A stretch of 62,911 bases of DNA, the filler included, from Globobulimina sp. (Eukaryota), in assembly GCA_003354225.1 (NCBI GenBank). It is 32 parts of 32 records of this genome, joined end to end, with 100 filler letters (N's around TTAATTAATTAA, not from the genome) between each part and the next. Parts side by side here need not be neighbours in the genome. Positions count along the whole stretch, not along the records: positions 9,851 to 11,720 come from PIVH01011054.1; positions 11,821 to 13,690 come from PIVH01011055.1; positions 13,791 to 15,660 come from PIVH01011056.1; positions 15,761 to 17,630 come from PIVH01011057.1; positions 17,731 to 19,600 come from PIVH01011058.1; positions 19,701 to 21,570 come from PIVH01011059.1; positions 21,671 to 23,539 come from PIVH01011060.1; 25 more parts are not named here. The stretch is one strand, 5' to 3'. The notes under the pieces were generated by a model that saw only the letters and a program-made list of their open reading frames with translations, was not told the origin of the DNA and did no database searches. Below are positions 11,347 to 21,779 of the stretch, piece by piece; within the stretch, counting starts at the first letter, position 1, and each line of letters opens with the position of its first letter. Both the position numbers and the translations under genes were made by a program.

Positions 11347-11490
11347 ATCCGTTGTAAATTAATCTCCGTTTTTGTTACATTTTCCCTTTTCATTGTTTGT
11401 GGTATATTGACCTTTGTACCCCTATTGTAAGCCCCCTAGTGTTCACTACTTTAGTATCTTAGACCTTAGCTAGTCACTAACCCATTCTAC

Positions 11491-11718
11491 CTATACTCCA
11501 CGATATACCACACTTAATTCATCAAATCCATTCTCATTCCTCAATGCATTAAATTGTTCCCTTAATGTCAACAAACACTTTCCTTGCCATTTAAATACTT
11601 TTTGTTTATGATTAAATGTCTCGCCATTTATCACCACATCAACATTAAACATCTTATTTCCTTTCAGCAAACCATCATAATTTGAATGTAAAAATGGTAA
11701 ATAAACATTACCGCAAAG
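11491..11718 (-). CDS. C-terminus of a glutathione S-transferase-like protein (absent from the ORF track)
   Basis: Manual translation LCGNVYLPFLHSNYDGLLKGNKMFNVDVVINGETFNHKQKVFKWQGKCLLTLREQFNAL resembles the C-terminus of a bacterial-type GST family (recalled, not searched). Confidence 0.55.
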   Translation of the reverse strand, partial: LCGNVYLPFLHSNYDGLLKGNKMFNVDVVINGETFNHKQKVFKWQGKCLLTLREQFNALRNENGFDELSVVYRGV

Positions 11719-11875
11719 CTNNNNNNNNNNNNNNNNNNNNNNNNNNNNNNNNNNNNNNNNNNNNTTAATTAATTAANNNNNNNNNNNNNNNNNNNNNNNN
11801 NNNNNNNNNNNNNNNNNNNNTTACCGGGCCCATTTTCCTAAAACCTGGAATTGCATATTTTTGATTTATTCAATT

Positions 11876-12031
11876 GAGGCCATTAAAACAAAAATACGAA
11901 TATGCACAGGATAGTTAGATAATATCTAGGGAGGCAGATTGGTTCCCCGCTCATCCCATGATTAGGAGAAATCCTATACTCCCGTATATATAGCTACGTT
12001 TTTTTGTTTTTATTTTATTTGTGTTTTAATG
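11876..12031 (+). mobile_element. MITE family A, copy with truncated right TIR
   Basis: Closely similar over its length to 14021-14200 on a different contig. Confidence 0.8.
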
Positions 12032-12304
12032 ATTGAATATATTTCATTGCTAATATTACTCAATGACAGTGTATATCTCTGTTATTTGATTCACATAGAT
12101 CCGTGAGGATCCGTGTGCCGGAAATTGCCAAAATCTATATTAATGTCCGAGTCACACGCCATCAAAAACATTTAAAAAACTTTACTACTACTTAAAAATC
12201 TAAAACCTTTACCTATATCTTTCAACTCTCTGTTGCTCAAATAGAACCGATTTTTGAAATATCGGAAATTCCAGTTTTAGGAAAATACCAAAATGTTCGA
12301 ACAT

Positions 12305-12414
12305 TCACTACAGACACAACTATTGAGATAATTTATTGTGGTGAGCGATTAACTCCAAAAGTTGAAGTCCGATCACCACAAGGAAAATTAGCTCAATAGT
12401 TGTGACTGCAGTGA
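12305..12414. repeat. ~110-nt near-perfect hairpin (MITE-like or pre-miRNA-like)
   Basis: TCACTACAGACACAACTATTGAGATAATTT..TTGTGGTGAGCG pairs with CGATCACCACAA..AAATTAGCTCAATAGTTGTGACTGCAGTGA. Confidence 0.85.
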
Positions 12415-12618
12415 TGAAACAGGTCGATTGAAATCAACAACTAAACTGTGGCAACAAATGACTGTATTTTTGCGAAGAACAAGTAAGAAAAAACGAGAAT
12501 AAATTACTAAAAAATAAATAAATCACAACACAAATACAAATACAATGCGTTGATGAACACTAATGTAAATCTAAAATCTAAAAATTATACATAATACAAA
12601 TAAATCTGCGTTAGTTTG

Positions 12619-13690
12619 TCAAACCGTGGTGACGACCCTGTTTCCATTTTCCTTATAAAGAAGTATGGCCTCAGCCGTTTGAGAATCTATCTTTTGGTTC
12701 AACATTACCAAAATAACTATTATCAATCCGCACGTACAGCTGATAACTACCATACCTCCGATTATACCGCCAATTCTTACATATTTACGTGCATCAAACA
12801 GCTTGTTATTTTCTACATCATTTGATTGCAGCCTCGACGTATTATCACCATCTACATCATCAGTGATGCTATTTTCTGTCTCGTCATCAATTGGTATTTC
12901 CTTCGATATATCGGACTCATTTTCTGTTGGCAATGTTGTAGGACTTGGAACGATATTTTCATGTGTTTTCTGCTGCGCATAGGAGAATGTTGGGTTTTTT
13001 GTTGGATGGGAAGGAATACGCGTTGGTCTCGGGGTTGGTTCGGGTGTTGGTTGCGCTGTTAATGGTGCTGCTGTTGATAAAAAGTGTATTGACGAAGTTG
13101 GATATGGCGTTGGTTTCTGTGTTTTGACTGTTTTGGAGGTTGGTTCCAATGTTGGTTCTAATGTTGGTTCAGATGTTGGAGAGGATGTTTTCTTCTCTTT
13201 TACAAAACGTGTTGGTTCAGAGGTTGGAGATGATATTTCTGCAGATTGTGATGATACGGATTCTAATGTTGGCTCAAATGTTGGTTCGGATGTTGGCGCA
13301 GATGTTTTTCTTTGTTTTTTTAATGTTGGTTCAAATGTTGGCTCAGGTGTGGGCTCAAATGTTTTTTTTCTTTGTTTAGATGTCGGTTCAAATGTCTCTT
13401 CCGATTCTAACGAATGTGATTCTAATATTGATGTATGTGTTGGTTTTACAATGGTTTGGATGACTGTGGTATAATAATAAAGACTTTCGGTTGTTTTAAC
13501 GTAAAAATCTGTCACTTTTGGGGGCTTCAGTCGGTTTTCGACGTATGTCGTTTCAGCGTATGTCGTTTCAGCGTACGTGGGGTCAATATATGTTGGCCGT
13601 TGTGTTGGCCGTGTTGTTGGTCTTGGTGTTGGTCTTGGTGTTGGTCTGGGTGTTGGCCTTGGTGTAGGCCTTCGTGTTGGCATCGGTGTT
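12619..13690 (-). CDS. Pro/Thr-rich mucin-like type I membrane protein (5'-partial)
   Basis: PTPR and EPT repeats with a single C-terminal TM helix. Confidence 0.85.
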
Positions 13691-14020
13691 NNNNNNNNNN
13701 NNNNNNNNNNNNNNNNNNNNNNNNNNNNNNNNNNTTAATTAATTAANNNNNNNNNNNNNNNNNNNNNNNNNNNNNNNNNNNNNNNNNNNNATAATACAAT
13801 ACGATCTTTATTTACAGTTTCTAATCGATACGATAAGATGAGACGAACATTTACTTAAGCTTTTTCTCTAACAATTCACAATGATTAAAAAAAGTTGATC
13901 ATGAGCAAAATCAAGGTCAAATAGGAAAACTCTAATGCATTCCTTCCATTGTGTGTTTTTTTTTTATGTTTAAAGAAAAACCCTAGGCACATCATATCAT
14001 GAAAACGGTGTTTTGTAATT

Positions 14021-14200
14021 GAGGCCATTAAAACAAAAATAAAAAAAAAGAAAAAAAGTATGAATATGCACAGGATAGTTAGATACTATCTAAGGAGACC
14101 AAATTGGTTCCCCACCCATCCCATGAAGGTAGAAATCCTATACTCCTGTATATATAGCAACGTTTTTTTGTTTTTATTTTATTTTTGTTTTAAGAGCCTC
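14021..14200 (+). mobile_element. MITE family A, complete 180-bp copy
   Basis: ~24-bp TIRs GAGGCCATTAAAACAAAAATAAAA / TTTTATTTTTGTTTTAAGAGCCTC, flanked on both sides by AATT. Confidence 0.85.
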
Positions 14201-14285
14201 AATTAGAAAAGGTGAGTTTCAAGAATAATACAATTCGTCTGAACACTCAAACATTCAAATAGAGGTAGCACAAATAATCAAAAAA

Positions 14286-15519
14286 TTAAAACCAACCAAT
14301 ATCAATAAATCCGAACCATTGTATAAAAGCAATGAATGATGCAATAAACATTACAGCCAACATAAATATCGCAAGTCTTTGAATATGTTTCCCTCCATAT
14401 TTTAATTTATATCTAATATTGGAAATAAATGCAAATATAAGTGCTAAAATACCAGTAATCAGTAATATTGGTATTAAACATATGACCATTATCATTCTAT
14501 TTATCCAAAAAGGAGACCAACTTGGAAATCTAATAAATTTCCATGTATATTGTCCTCCTGGACAGCCGAGTATATTTTTCATCGACCAATTATAATGTCC
14601 GGATGCATACTGTCCTCTACAAATCCAACAAAACTGATATTTACAACGCCTGCACGTCATATGATTACATCTATTTTGTATACAGTATTATTAGTTACGT
14701 CACATTCAAACAACACATCATAAAATAATACATATCAGTTACAAAAGAGTACAAACCCTCCGCTCTTTTCTATTTTGCTTCTGCAATTTGGACATTGTTG
14801 AACGTCTCTTAACAATGCCCATTTGTAATATTGCATATCAACGGATTGATTGCATCCTAATATCCAGCCATGATGTGGCTGGTGACATTTCCAACACATT
14901 CTCGTTGAACAAACATCACATTCTAATGTTCTACAGATATGATAAAATTTTTGATCATTATAAAAATATCCGTCACAGTTTGGTTTGCAACAAAATATTA
15001 CATTTTTATCCATTCGCAAGAGAGCATTTTTCTTAAATTTATAAAATTTCTTTTTGAGATCTGCATCATTCACAAATTGACAAATTTCATTGTCCGATAT
15101 TTTGCGTTCACATTTCGGATCTACACATTGTAAATTCAACACTTCTCCATCCAATATTTTACTTCTATATATTTTAATAAGTTAATATACACAAAAACGG
15201 AATTGTTATGGTTGTAGATATTGATTGATTTGCGTAACTTATAATGTGTTGATAAACATGTTTTACAATAATTATGTGAACATGAGGTATAATGTAATTT
15301 ATTTCCAAATAAATCCACATCAAAACATATCTGACACGTATTTAAATTGCTTTCTGTGGTATTAACAATGACTGTGTTTGATTCTTCAACATCATTAAAT
15401 CTTACATCATGTTGTTGTTTCATCATCATTGGATATTGTTTTTGGGAAAGGTCGGAATATAAGTCTGTATGTATTGTCCTTTTGTGCAATGTTGGCGATC
15501 GATTCTGGAAGAGGAACAT
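14286..15519 (-). CDS. RBR (RING-IBR-RING) E3 ubiquitin ligase with C-terminal TM helices; introns 15165-15238 and 14671-14756
   Basis: RING1 CQICF...CSHNYCKTC, IBR CCKPNC...CDVC..RMCWKC..PHH and spliced RING2 [30 protein letters not shown]. The start is uncertain. Confidence 0.9.
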
Positions 15520-15760
15520 GTATTATGCAACAAACATGCTGAAAGTTTTTGTTGAAGTTTACTTTCAAGCTGCATTTAGAAATCCGTACAATATTCTTAT
15601 TTTGACTGAAACAGACGGAATAGGGCACTGATTCGCCACTGAAAATGAATATAAGTGCCGNNNNNNNNNNNNNNNNNNNNNNNNNNNNNNNNNNNNNNNN
15701 NNNNTTAATTAATTAANNNNNNNNNNNNNNNNNNNNNNNNNNNNNNNNNNNNNNNNNNNN

Positions 15761-17593
15761 CATCAATTAACCAATTTCCATACGGTGCCGCTGGTGACAC
15801 GCATACCATTACACCCTCCGCATCCGGTATTATTGTCGCCCGCCAATGCCAGCAACAGTACCATCACACCGCCAAACTCCAGCAATCTGAACGGATTTAC
15901 GAATTGCAACAGCAACACCAATGCAAATATAGTCAATATCCCGGTGCCGGTACAGTTTGAGCAACAAAGCAATTGCAATGCCGCCGATGATCAGCATCAA
16001 GCAAATAATAATAATAATAACGTTTATTATGACACTAGCACGCAATTGCAATCTGTGAGCAATTATAACTTTCAAAACGTAGATTTCCAACAGATTAAAG
16101 CCAACGGCGCGCCGTATAATTGTCCCTTTTGTGATGCGATATCGTTTGAAATCTGGGCAGATTGGAAGCAGCATTGGTACCAATTGCATAATACCAAATA
16201 CTTTGATGATGCGCAGAAAATGAAAAGTAAAAGCAATTATAAATCGTTTCCGCCGCAACCTACCAATATCACATTCCATCCCAGTGAGAGTATACAGTTT
16301 CAATTACAAAACGTGACCAATAAAAAACGAAACCATACCACGATGACTACCAATGCCACCGCCAACGATCAGTTTGCTCCCAATCCCAAACGACAAAAAA
16401 CCAGTCATTCCTCGTATAATAATATAAAAAAACAAGATGAGGCATCTGTGGCGTCACCAGAGAGTGAGGAGGACAGCGAGGAAGAGAGTGACAATGAATC
16501 GAGTTCCAATTCGGACTCAAGTTATGTTTCTAAGAAAAGAAAACACCGAAACCATAGTAAAAAAAAGGCAAAACACAAGAAATCCAAGAAAGTGGATGCA
16601 AAAAAGAAACGCGGCCGAGGCCGGCCCAGGAAAAGCGAAAATATCGCGGAGAAGGAGAAAATGAGCAAAAAACGCAAACGAGGGCGGCCAAAGAAACACA
16701 AAGAAGCGCCGGCGGAGAGCAGTGATGCGGCGTTGTATGAAGAGGGCCATTATAATACGGGTACAAATGCAAAACGGCAGAAACTAAATACTTCGGTGGA
16801 TGGCGGGAAAGGCGGCGGTAAACATTGTAAGCATTTGGTGTGCTGCAAGATTTGCAATGTGAACACTACGAATAATGCGGGCCTATCCAACCATATTCGC
16901 GCCAGACATCGCATTCAGAAATTGGACGATTATTATATTTTAAGCGAACATGAAATCAAAGAAAAGCAGAACGAAATGCATTGCAACGATTTAACCAAAA
17001 TAGATGGGATCTCACCGACGCATAAATCTAAAAATATTAAATATAAATATAAGTGTACGGTGTGTAAAAGCAATAATAAGTTATTTTATTGCGCGGGCCA
17101 TGTTGGATTGAACTCGCATTTAAGAGCACATGTTAAAAATGGTGGTTTGGGCGACAATCAACAGAAGAAATTGTATAAACAAATTATGAAACACCCCATT
17201 CCCATCAATGCGGTCGAGAGTAATACGGAGAGTGACAATGAGAATGAGAACGAGAATGAGAGTCACAATGAGAATGACGATGACTGTGACTCTGAGAATG
17301 AGAATGAGAAAAAAGTTCCAAATTTCTCGAATGAAGTGATCGGAGAAGAGGATGAATCGTCAGATAATGCATGCAACAAAGAGAAAAATAAGAATTTCCG
17401 GATGCCGGCGTCATTAAAAGCATTGTCAGATAACCGCGTATCAGAGACATCGCCGCCATGTTCCTTAGGCTCAGAGTCTAGCAACAAAAGTAAGGACAGG
17501 AAAGAGCCAGGTCAAAATGAACGCAGCAACGTACATGAGGGCTTGGGTTGTGACGACCTTGGTGTGGCGATGTGCTTTTTGCGCGCGTTGTAA
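15761..17593 (+). CDS. C2H2 zinc-finger and AT-hook nuclear protein (5'-partial)
   Basis: Three C2H2-like fingers (CPFC..H..H, CKIC..H..H, CTVC..H..H) and two AT-hooks (RGRGRPRK, KRGRPKK). Confidence 0.85.
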   Translation, partial: HQLTNFHTVPLVTRIPLHPPHPVLLSPANASNSTITPPNSSNLNGFTNCNSNTNANIVNIPVPVQFEQQSNCNAADDQHQANNNNNNVYYDTSTQLQSVSNYNFQNVDFQQIKANGAPYNCPFCDAISFEIWADWKQHWYQLHNTKYFDDAQKMKSKSNYKSFPPQPTNITFHPSESIQFQLQNVTNKKRNHTTMTTNATANDQFAPNPKRQKTSHSSYNNIKKQDEASVASPESEEDSEEESDNESSSNSDSSYVSKKRKHRNHSKKKAKHKKSKKVDAKKKRGRGRPRKSENIAEKEKMSKKRKRGRPKKHKEAPAESSDAALYEEGHYNTGTNAKRQKLNTSVDGGKGGGKHCKHLVCCKICNVNTTNNAGLSNHIRARHRIQKLDDYYILSEHEIKEKQNEMHCNDLTKIDGISPTHKSKNIKYKYKCTVCKSNNKLFYCAGHVGLNSHLRAHVKNGGLGDNQQKKLYKQIMKHPIPINAVESNTESDNENENENESHNENDDDCDSENENEKKVPNFSNEVIGEEDESSDNACNKEKNKNFRMPASLKALSDNRVSETSPPCSLGSESSNKSKDRKEPGQNERSNVHEGLGCDDLGVAMCFLRAL

Positions 17594-18522
17594 GACCGCA
17601 GAGTACGACCTTCGGTTCTCTTCGTCAGAGNNNNNNNNNNNNNNNNNNNNNNNNNNNNNNNNNNNNNNNNNNNNTTAATTAATTAANNNNNNNNNNNNNN
17701 NNNNNNNNNNNNNNNNNNNNNNNNNNNNNNGTCGTGTCAAAAATGTTCTTCAAAGTTCCTAAATCTATTTATTTCCGAGTCCTGTTTAAAGTACGTAATC
17801 GAATTGTACCCGAAGTAATCGAACTTCGAATTTAGCGTGGTCGAATTCGAAAAAAATGATCTTCCAACTCAGTCCAGACCCACCAAAATATGCGAGCAGA
17901 AGTTTTAGTCGTACAGTCAAGATATATTGGTTACGTTAGGCGTATAACGGCACCCAGTTTTTACACGAGCCCTAAATAGAATGTATGGCAGGTTTCTAGC
18001 CTTTTGACATAACCCTTTACAACTTTTTTTATTTACTCTGTAGTGAACAGTTATCACTAAATATTAAACTTTAAAATATTTATTTTTAGAATAATTTCAA
18101 TATGAACTTTGATGCTTAACAATCCTTCTGCTATATCCACGTTTAACAAAAGAAGAACGTTTAAAAATTATTTATTCATACTGGTGGTGGATACTAATTT
18201 ATCTACGGTGATAATTTTCTGTATTTATCTAAACTATTTATATTGTATAAGATATATATTTATCGTTCTTTCGTTGTAATAATACTAAAAATATTAAAAT
18301 ATTATATATTTCATATAAATAATAATAAAAATTATAATATTAATAATACGTTTTATAATATATCTAAAACAAAAATTTGCATATTACTTTTGCAAAACAA
18401 AAATTTGCATATTACTTTCTTTTAGAAACTGTGAGTGTAAATTTTTTTACTTCTTATTACTACTTTATTTACTTAAATATATTATACTTTTTTATTTTTA
18501 TTTTATTTAGATTTATTTAATT

Positions 18523-19416
18523 ATGATCTCTATTGGCATTTGTGGTGGAATTGGTTCTGGTAAAAGCACTCTTATGGATATGTTAAATTTTCGTAATTCT
18601 GAATATATGTACATATGCAAAGAACCCGTTAAACAATGGTCACATGTTCAATCTTTTGTCAACAAAAATCAATATAACTTTTTATCCGAAGTCTACGATA
18701 AAGTTTTGCCGAAATTTGATTTTCAAGTATTTGCTCAAAATACTTTATTTTCTAATATCATATCCAACAAAATATTGGCCAAAGAAGCTGGAAAGAAAAT
18801 TTTTATAACAGAAAGAACCCCTTTCGATGCTGTTTCAATTTTTTCTCAGGTTTGTATTTATTCATTTAACCAATCTTCTATTAATTAGTTCGCCATTTTG
18901 ACTTCCGAAATTAACTAATTAAGGGTTCCGATGTGTAACTACTTTGGCCGGCATCAATTGTCACACGGCATCATGGTCCTGACACAGACCGTACAATATT
19001 GACAGTAACAGCTGCTGATAAAAAAACTCGCGATTGATTAACAATTACAAGTTTATTATATTTTTTTTATTTTTTAGGTTGGATTTATATATAAAGATAT
19101 CGTTGAGCTTCAATTAACCATTTTGAAAGAAATTGAAAATTCTTTCAAATGTATTAACCAAAATGCATTTGAATACGACATGCTTATTTTGTTAGATGTC
19201 TCACCCGAAATTCAATATGAAAGATGTATGAAACGTAATCGCACAGGAGAACGTATGATAACTTTCGAATACATAGAAAAAATTCACAATCAATATTTGC
19301 ATTGGTTCCCAACAAGTTTACCAGAAGTTAAGCAAAAAGTAATTGTAAACGCCTCAAAGGATTTAGAATTTGTTTACAATAGCGTTATTAAACATATTAT
19401 GTCGTTTTGTCTGTAA
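18523..19416 (+). CDS. Deoxynucleoside kinase (dNK family), intron 18850-19077
   Basis: P-loop GGIGSGKST, KEPV..W, ITERT and lid RCMKRNRTGE. A 228-nt GT-AG intron joins the exons in phase 0. Confidence 0.9.
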
Positions 19417-19508
19417 AATACATTTTACTATTTACCTTACATTATTTAGTTGTCATTTTGTCTTTAAACGATTTTTTATCATTTGTTAAATAACATTAAT
19501 TGATTTTG

Positions 19509-19576
19509 TTGTTTGAGTAAACTTTACTCAATATTGTTCGAGTAAACTTTACCCAACATCTTTCGACTAAACTTTT
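19509..19576. repeat. Three ~25-bp tandem palindromic repeats
   Basis: TTGAGTAAA-C-TTTACTCAA at 19513-19531, followed by two decaying copies. Confidence 0.75.
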
Positions 19577-20157
19577 AAACTCTATATATTACTAAATATT
19601 NNNNNNNNNNNNNNNNNNNNNNNNNNNNNNNNNNNNNNNNNNNNTTAATTAATTAANNNNNNNNNNNNNNNNNNNNNNNNNNNNNNNNNNNNNNNNNNNN
19701 AATATACACTTTAATATTAAATATTGAAAGTGCATACAATTTCTTTTCTTTTTCTTTTTTTCATATGCCATTAATTAATAATTATTAACTTATATTAGTG
19801 TTATTTGTGTGTAATTGGATAAAATAAATGCACGCATTTTAGATTCCAATCAGTTTTCTGTCACAAATAGTGACCATTTTTTACTTTAGCTCTTTCAACG
19901 TGACAATGACCACAATTTTAACAGCAGAAAGTACACAAATCCACAGTTACCGCCAATATCATCCATTATAATGAAAGCAATGCAGACTCATTCAACAGAT
20001 ATTGATTGCAGTTTTTTCCGAACACCAATTAGTTTCCGAATCTCACTATAAACTAATTTTTAAAATAGAATAACATTCACACAAAAAACTAATTTACATA
20101 AATAATAAAAAAAGAAGAAAAAAGAAGAAAAAAATTAAAATACCCTCCCAACCAATG

Positions 20158-21435
20158 TCAAAAGAAAAACATGTTTGTTAATTTATTTAATATATTTTCA
20201 TATTGTTTATTGTCATCTGATGGTAATAATAAACATATTTCATTGACAAAGCCCTTTATCATTGCCATGGACACAATTTCTATTTCATCTTTATTATGAA
20301 TCGCCAATACTTTCACCATTTCCTCCACCTCATTATCAATACCGTTATATTGAAATATACGGCCAAAACATCGCATGAATATATCCATCAAACACTGCGA
20401 CTGAATAACTTGTTGAGATAACGCAGTGATAAAAAACGAAATAAATTCCATCCCCAATTTGCAAAATGCAATCATAGCATTCCAATCACAATCATTTTCT
20501 TTATTTAATTCATATTTAATTGATTGGATAACAAAGTCCATCAAACATTTGCCTGTTACTCCGATCGCGATATCATTATTTCCAGACATCAAACCATTGA
20601 ATAGATCTATAATATTCATTTTTATCTCCAACGAATAGGATTTAAACGTTGCAAATAGTATTTGTCCTCCTGTCGTCAGTGTGGTATTCTTCTCTGAGAG
20701 TGGAGAATAATAATTTATTACTAACCGCGCCAAAACCATAGGCACCTCGCCCTCATGTTGCCTGACAAAGCCTGTCGCCAATAACCTACCTTCATCATAT
20801 TGCGTTGATATCATTTGTTTGGTTGCTTTTAAATCTGCAAAAGACATAATTTCATCGAAATCGAAGCCATCCAACATATCCAATAACTGTGTGGTGCATT
20901 GATCTGATAATTTATCGTCGCGGCATTGCGATAATAACAAGCTGCTAAATATCATTTGTAATGTTTTAGCGCCACCAAACAAGGAGTAATATTTTGGTGT
21001 TTGTGCTAAGGATACAAAAACATGACAAACAGCTTCCAAATTATCAAAATAGTTTCTCATTAATATTTGCTTCGCATACAACAAAGATTGAACAAAGTAA
21101 AATGATTTCAAAATGATTTCCTTCACGTTTTCAATTTGGTTATTATATACAAACCAATTAATGATAGAAACAGCAGTGAAGCTGTAATGACTCAGTACAT
21201 TGATATATGTCTTGGCATCTGTCAAATGAATGGTGATTTCAATGGGTTCTTCGTCATTGCTTAATCTCCGCGCAATGGTATCGACACAATGATGCGTTTG
21301 GGGACTGATTGAAGCTGCATTGCTGTTTATTATTTGGTATAAATCCATATTCGTTAAATGTTCAATTTCTTGATAAATAGCAGCTGATTTTTCCAGCAAC
21401 GAATTTAAACCTTTAATATTTTGTTTATTGCGCAT
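20158..21435 (-). CDS. Hypothetical alpha-helical protein
   Basis: 425-aa ORF, probably extended by upstream coding sequence. It carries an LLxxGF/YxR...P...I..YY motif that I recall as frequent in foraminiferan proteins. Confidence 0.7.
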   Translation of the reverse strand: MRNKQNIKGLNSLLEKSAAIYQEIEHLTNMDLYQIINSNAASISPQTHHCVDTIARRLSNDEEPIEITIHLTDAKTYINVLSHYSFTAVSIINWFVYNNQIENVKEIILKSFYFVQSLLYAKQILMRNYFDNLEAVCHVFVSLAQTPKYYSLFGGAKTLQMIFSSLLLSQCRDDKLSDQCTTQLLDMLDGFDFDEIMSFADLKATKQMISTQYDEGRLLATGFVRQHEGEVPMVLARLVINYYSPLSEKNTTLTTGGQILFATFKSYSLEIKMNIIDLFNGLMSGNNDIAIGVTGKCLMDFVIQSIKYELNKENDCDWNAMIAFCKLGMEFISFFITALSQQVIQSQCLMDIFMRCFGRIFQYNGIDNEVEEMVKVLAIHNKDEIEIVSMAMIKGFVNEICLLLPSDDNKQYENILNKLTNMFFF

Positions 21436-21779
21436 AAATTTGACGATATTCTTATTGATTAAGCTGTTTACTTCAATATCGTGTACAATGGAGGATAAAG
21501 ATTGAATTGATAGGTTAAATATTTTGAGATCTGTGAATTCTGAGATATACAGAAATAATAAAAATAAAAANNNNNNNNNNNNNNNNNNNNNNNNNNNNNN
21601 NNNNNNNNNNNNNNTTAATTAATTAANNNNNNNNNNNNNNNNNNNNNNNNNNNNNNNNNNNNNNNNNNNNGGGTTATCTTTTGGAATATCGTTTATGGCA
21701 TTGGTGTTGATCCATCTATTGCATATATAAGCGGCAAAATCAACAACAATTAACTTTTATGGGTGAGTTTCGTTTCGTT

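Noticed and set aside
12826..13746. Antisense ORFs over repetitive or coding regions (also 2096-3785, 15763-17487, 61580-61900)
   Set aside because: Shadow frames of real genes on the opposite strand.
18100..18170. Minus-strand FVKRGYSRRIV resembling a Penelope-element motif
   Set aside because: Too short and surrounded by stops; could be chance.
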